Positions 9,668 through 19,000 of a stretch of DNA of 64,000 nucleotides are shown here, piece by piece. A model generated the notes under the pieces. It searched no databases, was not told the origin of the DNA, and saw nothing but the letters and a program-made list of their open reading frames with translations. Made by a program: the position numbers and the translations under genes. The stretch covers positions 1 through 64,000 of the IMG/VR virus record IMGVR_UViG_3300042339_001064; one strand, given 5' to 3'. This stretch comes from a virus. Lineage: Duplodnaviria; Caudoviricetes. Position 1 is the stretch's first letter. The number at the start of each line of letters is the position of its first letter.

Positions 9668-9779
9668 CTGAATAAATTTATAACATAACTATTAACCAAT
9701 GAAAATGCCTAAATTTGATTTAATCCTATTCTTAAAGTCTTTAATACTAGCCTTTATATCTTTTAAATAATTAAAAATA

Positions 9780-10208
9780 ATGGGAAAATATTTTAATGCT
9801 TTTATAATGTCTATAATAACTTTTTTTTCTCCTATAGCAGGATTATTATTAGCTGTCGGAGCTATGATTATTTTAGACACTATATTAGGCATTACAAAAG
9901 CCATTAAAAATGAAGGGTGGGAATCTGTTACTTCAAGAAAAGCAAGTGTTATTATAAGTAAATTTCTACTTTACCAATTAACAGTAATAACATTTTTTAT
10001 AATAGACTATAACTTAATAAATGAGTTTACAAAAGTACATTATCAAAACAATTATTTATTAACTAAATTTATAACACTTTCTTTATGTTTTGTAGAAGCA
10101 AAAAGTATAGATGAAAATATTAAATCTATATTTGGGTTTTCTATTTGGACAACCTTAAAAGAAGTTTTAATAAGAACACAAGAAATAAAAAAAACTACAA
10201 AAAAATAA
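9780..10208 (+). CDS. Phage holin-family membrane protein
   Basis: Hydrophobic helices, ILDTILGI.KA, S.K.S....K, E.KSIDEN pattern of Bacteroidota phage holins; directly upstream of endolysin. Confidence 0.75.
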   Translation: MGKYFNAFIMSIITFFSPIAGLLLAVGAMIILDTILGITKAIKNEGWESVTSRKASVIISKFLLYQLTVITFFIIDYNLINEFTKVHYQNNYLLTKFITLSLCFVEAKSIDENIKSIFGFSIWTTLKEVLIRTQEIKKTTKK

Positions 10209-10212
10209 AATT

Positions 10213-10680
10213 ATGAAATTATCAAAACATTTAGATCTAGCGGAAGTTACAAGATCAGAAACTGCAAAAAGAAAAGGAGTTAGCAACATGCCTACTCCTG
10301 AGCATATTGAAAACTTTAAATTATTGGCTGAAAAAATATTCGAGCCTATTAGAGAGCATTTTAATGTTCCTATTTTTATATCTAGTGGATATAGAAGCAA
10401 AGCTTTAAACCAAGCTATTGGTGGGAGTTTAACCTCACAACATTGCCAAGGTGAAGCAATTGATATTGATATGGATGGTAGCTCAAGCGGAGTTACTAAT
10501 GCTCAAGTATTCCAATTCATTAAAGACAACTTGAATTTTGACCAAATGATTTGGGAATTTGGAACAGATAAAAATCCTGATTGGGTTCATGTTTCTTATG
10601 AATCAACTGGTAAACAAAGAAAACAAATACTTAAAGCCATAAAAGTTAACGGTAAAACAAGTTATGTTCCTTATAAATAA
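10213..10680 (+). CDS. Peptidase M15A-family endolysin
   Basis: ISSGYRS..LN.AIGG...SQHCQGEAIDI and WVHVS Zn-binding motifs. Confidence 0.9.
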   Translation: MKLSKHLDLAEVTRSETAKRKGVSNMPTPEHIENFKLLAEKIFEPIREHFNVPIFISSGYRSKALNQAIGGSLTSQHCQGEAIDIDMDGSSSGVTNAQVFQFIKDNLNFDQMIWEFGTDKNPDWVHVSYESTGKQRKQILKAIKVNGKTSYVPYK

Positions 10681-10712
10681 ATTAAAACTACAAAAACTTA
10701 AAAAATAAAACT

Positions 10713-10973
10713 ATGAAATTTTTTAGAGAAATGTTTAGTGATGATAATTCAATTAATGAAAAATCTTTAATTGGATTTTTAGCTTTTATCATGATGTGCT
10801 CATTTGCAATTGTAGATATTGTTACAGGATATTTAGGAAAAGAGCTTGTTGTAAATGAATTTATATTCAATGCTTTTGAAGTGCTAGTGTTAGGTTCATT
10901 TGGTATTGCAGCTACAGAAAAAATTACAAGCATTATAAAATCTAATAAAAACGAAGAAAACGAAGCAGAATAA
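10713..10973 (+). CDS. Small 2-TM membrane protein (holin/antiholin-like)
   Basis: 86 aa, two hydrophobic segments, within the lysis cassette. Confidence 0.6.
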   Translation: MKFFREMFSDDNSINEKSLIGFLAFIMMCSFAIVDIVTGYLGKELVVNEFIFNAFEVLVLGSFGIAATEKITSIIKSNKNEENEAE

Positions 10974-11434
10974 TGAAATATTTATTTATAATTCTTATTG
11001 TTTTACTAGGAGTATATATGTGGCTATCACATGATAAGTTTGTTCAAAACGAAGCTATTATACAAAGACTAGAAGACAGTTTGTCTAGAAAAGTAGACAC
11101 CTTGATAGTAGAAAGAGATGTGGTAAAAGACCATTACATTAAATCTAAAGAGATTGTATATAAGATAGACGAAAGATACATTGCAGGCAAAGATTCTGTT
11201 TGTGATAGCTTAGTAGTAGCCCTAAAAACATCTCTTACAAACTGTGATAAAGTAATAGTTAAATCAGATACTTTAATTAAAACACTATTAGTTAGAGATA
11301 CTGTAAGGCAAAATCATATACAATATTTACAATCTAAAAATAAGTTTTCTTTAATTGCAGGCCCCACCTTATCACTTACCCCACAAGGCATTCAACCTGG
11401 AATAGGTATTTCATTTGGTTTTAAATTAAAATAA
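10973..11434 (+). CDS. Spanin-like protein
   Basis: N-terminal TM, coiled-coil middle, C-terminal beta-hairpin-like GISFGFKLK; lysis-cassette position. Confidence 0.5.
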   Translation: MKYLFIILIVLLGVYMWLSHDKFVQNEAIIQRLEDSLSRKVDTLIVERDVVKDHYIKSKEIVYKIDERYIAGKDSVCDSLVVALKTSLTNCDKVIVKSDTLIKTLLVRDTVRQNHIQYLQSKNKFSLIAGPTLSLTPQGIQPGIGISFGFKLK

Positions 11435-11454
11435 ATAAATAACAAGGATTAACT

Positions 11455-12570
11455 ATGAAAACATTGTCTAAAGAAGAATTAATAAGTAGGTTAGAAGCTA
11501 TTAATCGTAGTAATGCTATTATTTATTTTGACCTTAATGGTATAATTCTTGGAGTAAATTCTATTTTTTTAGAGACAATGGGATATAAAGAAGGAGACCA
11601 TGAAAAAATTATAGGTAAGCATCATAGTATTTTTGTTTCTACTGACTATGCTAATTCAAAAGAATATGAAAAGTTTTGGAAGAAATTAAGAGATGGTCAA
11701 TTTTATGAAGGGGAATTTGAAAGAGTTAAATTAGATGGAGAAGTTATTTATTTACAAGCAACTTATAATCCTATATTAAATGAAAATGGAGAGGTTACTA
11801 AGATAATGAAAATTGCTAATGATGTTAGTACAACAGTTATAGCAAAAAATGAAATTAATGCTGTAAGTAAAAGTAATGCTGTTATTTATTTTGATTGTGA
11901 TGGATATATTCTTGGGGCAAATTCTCTTTTTTTAAAAACTATGGGTTTTGATGAAAGAGATGAGAATAAAATTATTGGAAAACATCATAGTATTTTTGTA
12001 AGTTTTGAGTATTCAAAATCAGAAGAATACAAGGAGTTTTGGAAAAAACTAAGTAGTGGTAAATTTTTTGAGGGGGAATATGAAAGAAAAAAAATGAATG
12101 GGGATACTATTTATTTAAAAGCTACTTATAATCCAATACTTAATAATGATGGGGTTTGTAAAAAAGTAATGAAAATTGCTAATGATATTACTGAGACTGT
12201 TGTTAGTAAAAACAAAATCAATGAGTTATCTAAAAATTTACAAGTAGAATTAGATAATTCTAATAAGCTTAGAGTTGCTTTAGAGATAGAAAAAAATAAT
12301 GTTTTAGAAGATTTAGAAGCAACAATTAAAAAAAGTCAAAATGAATTAATTGGTACTATTGTTAAAACTGCTTTAGGAGTTATAGTTAGCGTTGGCTTTA
12401 TAACAACTGTAATGTATTCATTTGCAATTTTATCAAATAAAGATACTCAAATAATTGGATCAACTTGGAGTAATATGTTTAGTGTATTATTAACTAATGC
12501 ATTTTCTATTGTAGGTACTATTATGGGTATTAAATATGCTACTCAAGAAAAAAAAGAAGATAAAATATAA
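11455..12570 (+). CDS. Tandem PAS-domain membrane protein (PAS-PAS-coiled coil-2TM)
   Basis: Two near-identical PAS/PAC units (IIGKHHSIFVS...EY..FWKKL..G.F.EGE..R...G..IYL.ATYNPILN..G...K.MKIAND), coiled coil, two C-terminal hydrophobic helices; no kinase/MCP/GGDEF domain. Confidence 0.85.
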   Translation: MKTLSKEELISRLEAINRSNAIIYFDLNGIILGVNSIFLETMGYKEGDHEKIIGKHHSIFVSTDYANSKEYEKFWKKLRDGQFYEGEFERVKLDGEVIYLQATYNPILNENGEVTKIMKIANDVSTTVIAKNEINAVSKSNAVIYFDCDGYILGANSLFLKTMGFDERDENKIIGKHHSIFVSFEYSKSEEYKEFWKKLSSGKFFEGEYERKKMNGDTIYLKATYNPILNNDGVCKKVMKIANDITETVVSKNKINELSKNLQVELDNSNKLRVALEIEKNNVLEDLEATIKKSQNELIGTIVKTALGVIVSVGFITTVMYSFAILSNKDTQIIGSTWSNMFSVLLTNAFSIVGTIMGIKYATQEKKEDKI

Positions 12571-12579
12571 GTATTGTCG

Positions 12580-12587
12580 TATCTTTG
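12580..12587 (+). promoter_or_regulatory. Candidate Bacteroidota -7 promoter element
   Basis: TATCTTTG in the intergenic region upstream of 12682; a second TAATTTTG at 12626-12633. Confidence 0.4.
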
Positions 12588-12681
12588 TACTTAATAAAAA
12601 TTAAAATAATATTAAAATTATTTTTTAATTTTGTGTATTAGTTTAATTTTTAATATTTTTATATTAAAACCCACATAACAC

Positions 12682-13899
12682 ATGGTAAATCAACAAGTTG
12701 TAAATAAATTTTTAAATTGGACAAGCAGTAACAAAAATTATTTAGAAATTGCAAGACCTAATAAAAAAAGATTATTAAAAAAATTAAACAATAATAATTT
12801 TAACTTAACTTCAGAAGAGCTTGATTTTTTATTAAGTACATACGGAAGAAATGTTAAAAATACTAAACAAAATACTGAAGGTACTAATGTATGGGTTCCT
12901 TTAGAAATGGTAGATACAGTTAAAGAGTTAAATGCTATTTACCAAGAAAGTTTATCTATAGGAGTGCCTGTAGAAGATATAAAACATGGTTGGCTTAAAA
13001 ATGATAAGTCTTCAATGTTTTTTACTAATCCTTTATATAAGAAAAAAGAAGAAGATAAGTTTTATAATGAATTAGTTTCTGATTTACAAAAATTTTCACC
13101 TGTATTTCCTGAAATAAAAAGAACTGCTTCTAAGGAAGGACATTTGTTAGTTATAGATCCTGCAGATATACATGTAGGTAAACTTGCAAGAGCATTTGAG
13201 ACAGGGGAAGATTATAATAGTCAAATAGCAGTTAAAAGAGTTTTAGAAGGAGTCCAGGGAATTTTAGATAAAACATCTGGATTTAATATAGATCAAATTC
13301 TTTTTGTAGGAGGAAATGATATTTTACATATTGATACTCCAAAAAGAATGACTACTTCTGGTACTCCTCAAGATACAGATGGTATGTGGTATGATAATTT
13401 TTTGATAGCCAAGCAGTTGTATATAGATGTATTAACTATGTTATTACCTATAGCTAATGTTCACTTTGTATTTAATCCATCAAATCATGATTATACAAAT
13501 GGGTTTTTTTTAGCAGATGTAATTAAAACATATTTTAAAGATTGTAAGAATATTACTTTTGATTGTTCAATAGCTCATAGAAAGTATTATAGTTATTTTA
13601 ACAATTTGATTGGAACTACACATGGTGATGGGGCAAAACAATCTGACTTACCATTATTAATGGCTCATGAAAGCACAGATTGGAGTACTTGTAAGCATAG
13701 ATATATTTATACTCACCATGTACACCATAAAACTGCTAAAGACCATATAGGAGTTACAATTGAAAGTTTAAGAAGTCCTAGTGCTTCAGATAGTTGGCAT
13801 AGTAGAAATGGTTACACAGGAGTTCCAAAGGCAATTGAAGGATTTTTACATCATAAAGAATTTGGACAAATAAGTAGAATTACTCATATATTTAATTAA
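12682..13899 (+). CDS. Calcineurin-like metallophosphoesterase
   Basis: DIHVG, GNDILH, SNHD, HGD, HVHH motifs. Confidence 0.85.
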   Translation: MVNQQVVNKFLNWTSSNKNYLEIARPNKKRLLKKLNNNNFNLTSEELDFLLSTYGRNVKNTKQNTEGTNVWVPLEMVDTVKELNAIYQESLSIGVPVEDIKHGWLKNDKSSMFFTNPLYKKKEEDKFYNELVSDLQKFSPVFPEIKRTASKEGHLLVIDPADIHVGKLARAFETGEDYNSQIAVKRVLEGVQGILDKTSGFNIDQILFVGGNDILHIDTPKRMTTSGTPQDTDGMWYDNFLIAKQLYIDVLTMLLPIANVHFVFNPSNHDYTNGFFLADVIKTYFKDCKNITFDCSIAHRKYYSYFNNLIGTTHGDGAKQSDLPLLMAHESTDWSTCKHRYIYTHHVHHKTAKDHIGVTIESLRSPSASDSWHSRNGYTGVPKAIEGFLHHKEFGQISRITHIFN

Positions 13900-13934
13900 A
13901 ATGTTTAATATACATATTAACAATACTAATAATC

Positions 13935-13970
13935 AAGCTAACTCTGAAAATATTGGAGTTAGCTTATTTG
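13935..13970 (+). terminator. Putative intrinsic terminator hairpin
   Basis: aagctaactc(13935-44)...gagttagctt(13956-65) inverted repeat followed by atttg. Confidence 0.55.
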
Positions 13971-14074
13971 CATTATATCAACACTATTTACAACATCCTA
14001 AAAGATTGTATAATTTAGGTTATCAAGATTTTAGTTATTTGTATACAAAATGGATAAATGAAAATTAAAAAAAA

Positions 14075-14755
14075 ATGACAATACGAGAAATAATTAATGG
14101 GTTTAGAGTTCCTATGGATAAGGGACTTCCTTCAGATGATAGTACATTTACTTATGCATATTTTTATCATTTAATGAAAATATGTAGAGGAGTTTTACTT
14201 TATGAAAAGATCAAAGATCCTGATTATAATTATAGTTTAAATTTACAAACATTAGATTGTGTACAATTACAATTAGCAGATACTAATGAATGTTGTGAAA
14301 AGTTACCTACAGGTTGTAAATGGTTAAAATCTAAAAAACCTATACCTAATACAATTAATAATATTATTACTAAAGTATATAATGATAGAGGAGATAACTA
14401 TACTAGAGTTGTTTCAGAATCTTCTAAATCATTTAGAAGATATAATGAATTAGGTAATACTGAAAATAACTTTAAATATTTAATAAAAAATAACTATTTA
14501 TTTGTTCCAGATTTAAATAGTCCACAATGGGTAAAACTTCAAGCATTATTTTATGATGATTTTGAAGTAAAAAATACTTGTGATAATGTTTGTGATTTTT
14601 TAGATACAGAATTTCCTTTAGATGAAAGGTTATTAGATAAAATGTATAATATGATGGCTGATAGAATATTAAAAACTTATCAATACTTTAATAGAGATGT
14701 TATAAATGATACATTTAATGAAGACGCAGGTTCCCCACAGAAAACAAATAAATAA
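14075..14755 (+). CDS. crAss-like tail ring/structural protein
   Basis: Position before IHF-like/tube/muzzle genes; Q.L.CV.L..D...C...C..L.S..PIP and FPLD pattern resembling Crassvirales ring proteins. Confidence 0.55.
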   Translation: MTIREIINGFRVPMDKGLPSDDSTFTYAYFYHLMKICRGVLLYEKIKDPDYNYSLNLQTLDCVQLQLADTNECCEKLPTGCKWLKSKKPIPNTINNIITKVYNDRGDNYTRVVSESSKSFRRYNELGNTENNFKYLIKNNYLFVPDLNSPQWVKLQALFYDDFEVKNTCDNVCDFLDTEFPLDERLLDKMYNMMADRILKTYQYFNRDVINDTFNEDAGSPQKTNK

Positions 14756-15119
14756 GCCTTTAAAATATTATTCAGTATATGATGTAATTAAAGAAACAGA
14801 GTATGCTGATAAAAAATTATATGTTAAAGTAATAAAAGAAATATTTAAAGTAGCTGCAGAAATTTTATTAAAAAAACATACTTTAAATTTATTAAAAATA
14901 GGTTCTTTTAAAATAATAGGATACAAGTCAAATAAAAAATTAATTGATTTTGGCTTAACTAAAAAACTACAAAAAACAATATATTATACAAACTTTCACA
15001 CAAATAGATTTAGATATAGAATTATTTATAACCACAATGTAATTAATACTTATTATAAATTTACAACTTATAGGCAACTAGATAGAAACTTAGCTAAAAA
15101 ATTAAAAGAAGATGAATAA
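14706..15119 (+). CDS. IHF/HU-like protein of the crAss-like tail module
   Basis: Basic protein, VIKEIFK...ILLK...LNL.KIGSFKI HU-like pattern, IDFGLTK..Y.N.H motif, conserved crAss gene order. Confidence 0.55.
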   Translation: MIHLMKTQVPHRKQINKPLKYYSVYDVIKETEYADKKLYVKVIKEIFKVAAEILLKKHTLNLLKIGSFKIIGYKSNKKLIDFGLTKKLQKTIYYTNFHTNRFRYRIIYNHNVINTYYKFTTYRQLDRNLAKKLKEDE

Positions 15120-16062
15120 TTTACAATTTACAAGCATTTCTACAGTTATTGAAAACTGGAAACAAATAGCTCCCAATGAAATTAATTTTAATGAAGAATT
15201 AATGACTGAATGGATTATAGATGCTTATTTTGAAATAGGAACAGCCAAACAATATAAAGAAAAAGTACAAAAATTACAAGTAAAGAATTTTAGAGTAAAA
15301 TTACCTTGTGGTTTTAAGCAAAATTTATATGTGTTAGCTAAATCTAAGGAACATTTAAGAGAACAATTTTTTCTAACAGAATTAATAAAACAAGATTTTA
15401 ATAATCCTGATTGCACATGGACTTATAAAAGAAATTGCAAATGTGAAAATAATTGTTCTTGTGATAATAGTTATTTAGAAACTAATGGTTGGTTGTTTAT
15501 TGAAAATTTAGAAAAAGCAAGATCATTTCAATTTGCTAGTGTTCAAGATTTTACCCCTTGGTTTGAAAGACATAGAAATGAGTGGATTATTTTACAACCT
15601 AGGAAAAATGAATTATCTTTATTAAGACATACTAATGTAGATTTTGAAAGAGAGTTAAGACCTCAAAATTCTTTTACTATTGATAATGGATATTTAATAT
15701 GTGATTATAAAGAAGCTGAAATAATATTAGGATATTTATCTATACCTGTAGATGAAAGTGATTTACCATTAGTACCTAATACCAAAAATTTTATTAATGC
15801 TTTAATAGCTGCAATAGAAGAAAAATTAGCTTATATTCAGTATAGAAAAAGTAAGTCTAATGCTGATTTAAACTTTTTTCAACTGGCTCAAAGAGAATAC
15901 ATTAAATATAGAATTAAAGCTAGAGAAGATTTAAATGCTCAAACATTTGATGAAATGTGGGCTATGGGTGAAGCACTTAATCAATTCTTAGTACCTAATC
16001 ATTATCATGGTTTAGATCAAAGAAAATCTCAAACAATAAATAATACATTTACAAAATATTAA
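15112..16062 (+). CDS. crAss-like tail tubular/ring protein
   Basis: V.NFRVKLPC, FTIDNGYL, YLSIPVDE.DLPLVP; immediately upstream of the muzzle gene. Confidence 0.65.
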   Translation: MNNLQFTSISTVIENWKQIAPNEINFNEELMTEWIIDAYFEIGTAKQYKEKVQKLQVKNFRVKLPCGFKQNLYVLAKSKEHLREQFFLTELIKQDFNNPDCTWTYKRNCKCENNCSCDNSYLETNGWLFIENLEKARSFQFASVQDFTPWFERHRNEWIILQPRKNELSLLRHTNVDFERELRPQNSFTIDNGYLICDYKEAEIILGYLSIPVDESDLPLVPNTKNFINALIAAIEEKLAYIQYRKSKSNADLNFFQLAQREYIKYRIKAREDLNAQTFDEMWAMGEALNQFLVPNHYHGLDQRKSQTINNTFTKY

Positions 16063-16064
16063 TT

Positions 16065-19000
16065 ATGGCAGAGCAAAATAATAAAACTAGGACTTTGCAA
16101 GACATAGCTAATTATACTTTTACTAAAGGTATAAATCAAGATGCCTCGCCAGATGCTCAACCTAAAGATACTTATAGAGCTGCATTAAATGTTTTAAAAG
16201 AGTCTTCTGAAGGTGATGAAAATTATTTAACTTCAGAGTATTCTAATTTAGATTTAAACATTAAATTACCTGGAAAAATATTAAATTCTAATTTAATAAA
16301 ACAATTAAATAAATGGGTTTTATTTTTATCTAATAATGAAATTGGAGTATTTGATGGTAATTTAAATACTTATACTACAATATATAAATCTCCTTGTTTA
16401 GACTTTAATAATTATGTAGAATCTGTTACTTATGCTAAAACAGAATGTGAAGATATAGTTATAGTATTTTGGGATGGTAAGAATAGAGTAAGAAATATTA
16501 ATATAACAGAATACTTAAAAGATCCTAATACAGATTGTTGTATTAATAATTGTGATGAATTAGATTTATTTAAAGTTGCAGATACTTGTATTAGACTAAA
16601 TAATGTTAATTTTATAGATAATGCAGCTTATGCTATAGAAGCAGGTATGTATAGACCATTTATTCAATATGAAGATAGCAATGGTAATACTACAAATTAT
16701 TATGTTATAAATGAAAATATTCCTTTAGTAGAAGATAATCTTATTTTTTCTTATGAATATATAGATGGTAATGAACCTAAACTTTTAAATAAAAGTATAG
16801 TTTTAAATTTTGAAAATTTAGATGTTTTATATCCATATATAAATGTAGGATTTATAAAAACTGTAGGTGGAGTTTCTACTTCTTTTTTATTTAAAAAGAA
16901 ACAACCAGTAACTTCTGAATTAACTGTAGTTTATGAAGGAGATACTATTTTTACTGAAACTGTAGATATAAGAGAAATCTTAGTTAAAAGAGCATTTTAT
17001 TTATCTGCTAAAAGTGGATTAATATATAATAATAGATTATTACTGGCAGGAGTTAATGGTAAAAGAAATGTTGATTATCAACAATATGCAAATGATATTA
17101 CTGTTAAATATGTAACAGGAAAAATTACTATAAATAAAACTAAAGGTTATAAAAACCCAGAACATGTTATTCATCACAAATCTTGGATGAGAGATGAAAA
17201 TTATATGTTAGGTATTGTTTTAGAATTTGAGGATATGTCAGAATCTGCTGTATTTCCTTTAATTAATAAAAAATATACTCCTTTTCCAAATTGGAATGGA
17301 GAAAACCCACAAACTAATGATACAGCATTATGTTGTACAGATAATAGAGTTTATTGGAAAGAAGTTAATACTGCTAAAAGAACTGCATATAATGCATTTG
17401 CTAAAAGTCTAAGCACAACAGATTTTTGTTCAGGTACTATTGATAATGATAATAATACTATTCGTTCTGAAGGATACTTAGGTTATTTTGAATCTGAAGA
17501 AAGATACCCTATAATTCCTAGATGTAATGTAGGTCCATTTAATCCTACTACTTATAATGAGAATAATTATATGTATCCTACGGAAGTCATTGGTAACAAA
17601 TTATATGGCAAACATATTACATTATTTAAAATGCCTGATTCTACTATTGAACCTTTTCATAATAATATAGTAGATGATTTTGCTATTGAAGAAAATAAAA
17701 ATAGATATGATAGTAAATATGATAGTTTAGAAATTTATCCTTTAGGATTAAAACTAGACAATGTTAAAATGCCTACTTTAGAAGAGACAGGAGGAGTTAG
17801 AGTAACAGGTTATAGATTAGTTTATGTAAGAAGAGATGCTTATAATAAATCTATTCAAGCTAAAGGGTTTTTTGTAGAAACTTTTACCAATGATAAATAT
17901 GGTACAGAATATATTTTTCCAAAACATAATGTAAACTCTGGTGCTAAATGGGATTACTTTTCAAATCAATATAATCCTGATTTAACTACTTCTAATACTG
18001 TTACAGATTTTGTAAAACAATGTGGGTATGGTGAACATTATGATAAAGCTTTAATGTTTTATGGAGGAAATACTATGGCAGTTCAAGGGGGTATAAATAT
18101 GAACCATGTTAAAATAGAACAACAATATAATACAACAGGATATTATTTAGATTCTATTGATGGCCAAAATGGTTACAGATCTTTAGCTAATAGTGGAGAT
18201 AAAGTTTTAGATACTTCTACCTTTTTAGATAAAGATGGTAGATTAAGAGGAGCTGCTATTCAAATTTATAATATGTACAATTATGGATATGTACAATCTG
18301 ATAATATAAGTATAGATAGAACAAATGGTTATAAAAATAGATCTTTATTTTATAATTTTAAAAATATTTGTGCAGAAAATTATTCTTATGTAAAAGATAA
18401 TGTTATTTTAAATAAAATTTTAGGAGCGGAATATTCTCTTGTAAATTTTTATAGAGAAAGTGGAGTTTTTGTTTTATTAAATAAACCAACAGATTTATCT
18501 TTTAATCATAATGGAAATTTTTTTAATTCAGATACTAGTGCTAAAAAATGCAATTGTACTACATTAACAACTAATAAAATTTTCTTTGAACTAGATGTAC
18601 CTGTAGTTTTAACTACAGCAACAATTTCATCAGATTACTTAACAAGTCCAACCACTTTTCCAACTGCTTTAACAGGTTATCCTAATAATACTGAATTTAC
18701 TATTATTAACACAGGAGGGGTTTCTCCATTTGATGCAGGAGATAAATATAAATGGAATTCAGTTGCAAATAGATTAGAAAAAACTTCAAATTTTTATAAT
18801 CCAGTACCAGCAACCCCTGTGCCTTCTACAGGTTTTGCAACTTTAAGATTTAGAACAGAGACATGGATTAACCAAACTTTTACAGTTGCAGAAACTAGTG
18901 GTCCTCCTTGGGGAACTCTTGTAAATTATTCTAATCCTGCATTTCCTGTCGGATCAGTTTTAACTATAACAAATAATCCTGGGGGTGCTTTTACTAATGG

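Noticed and set aside
11500-12200. Duplicated ~370-bp DNA as a DGR TR/VR pair
   Set aside because: Explained by tandem PAS domain duplication with mostly synonymous divergence
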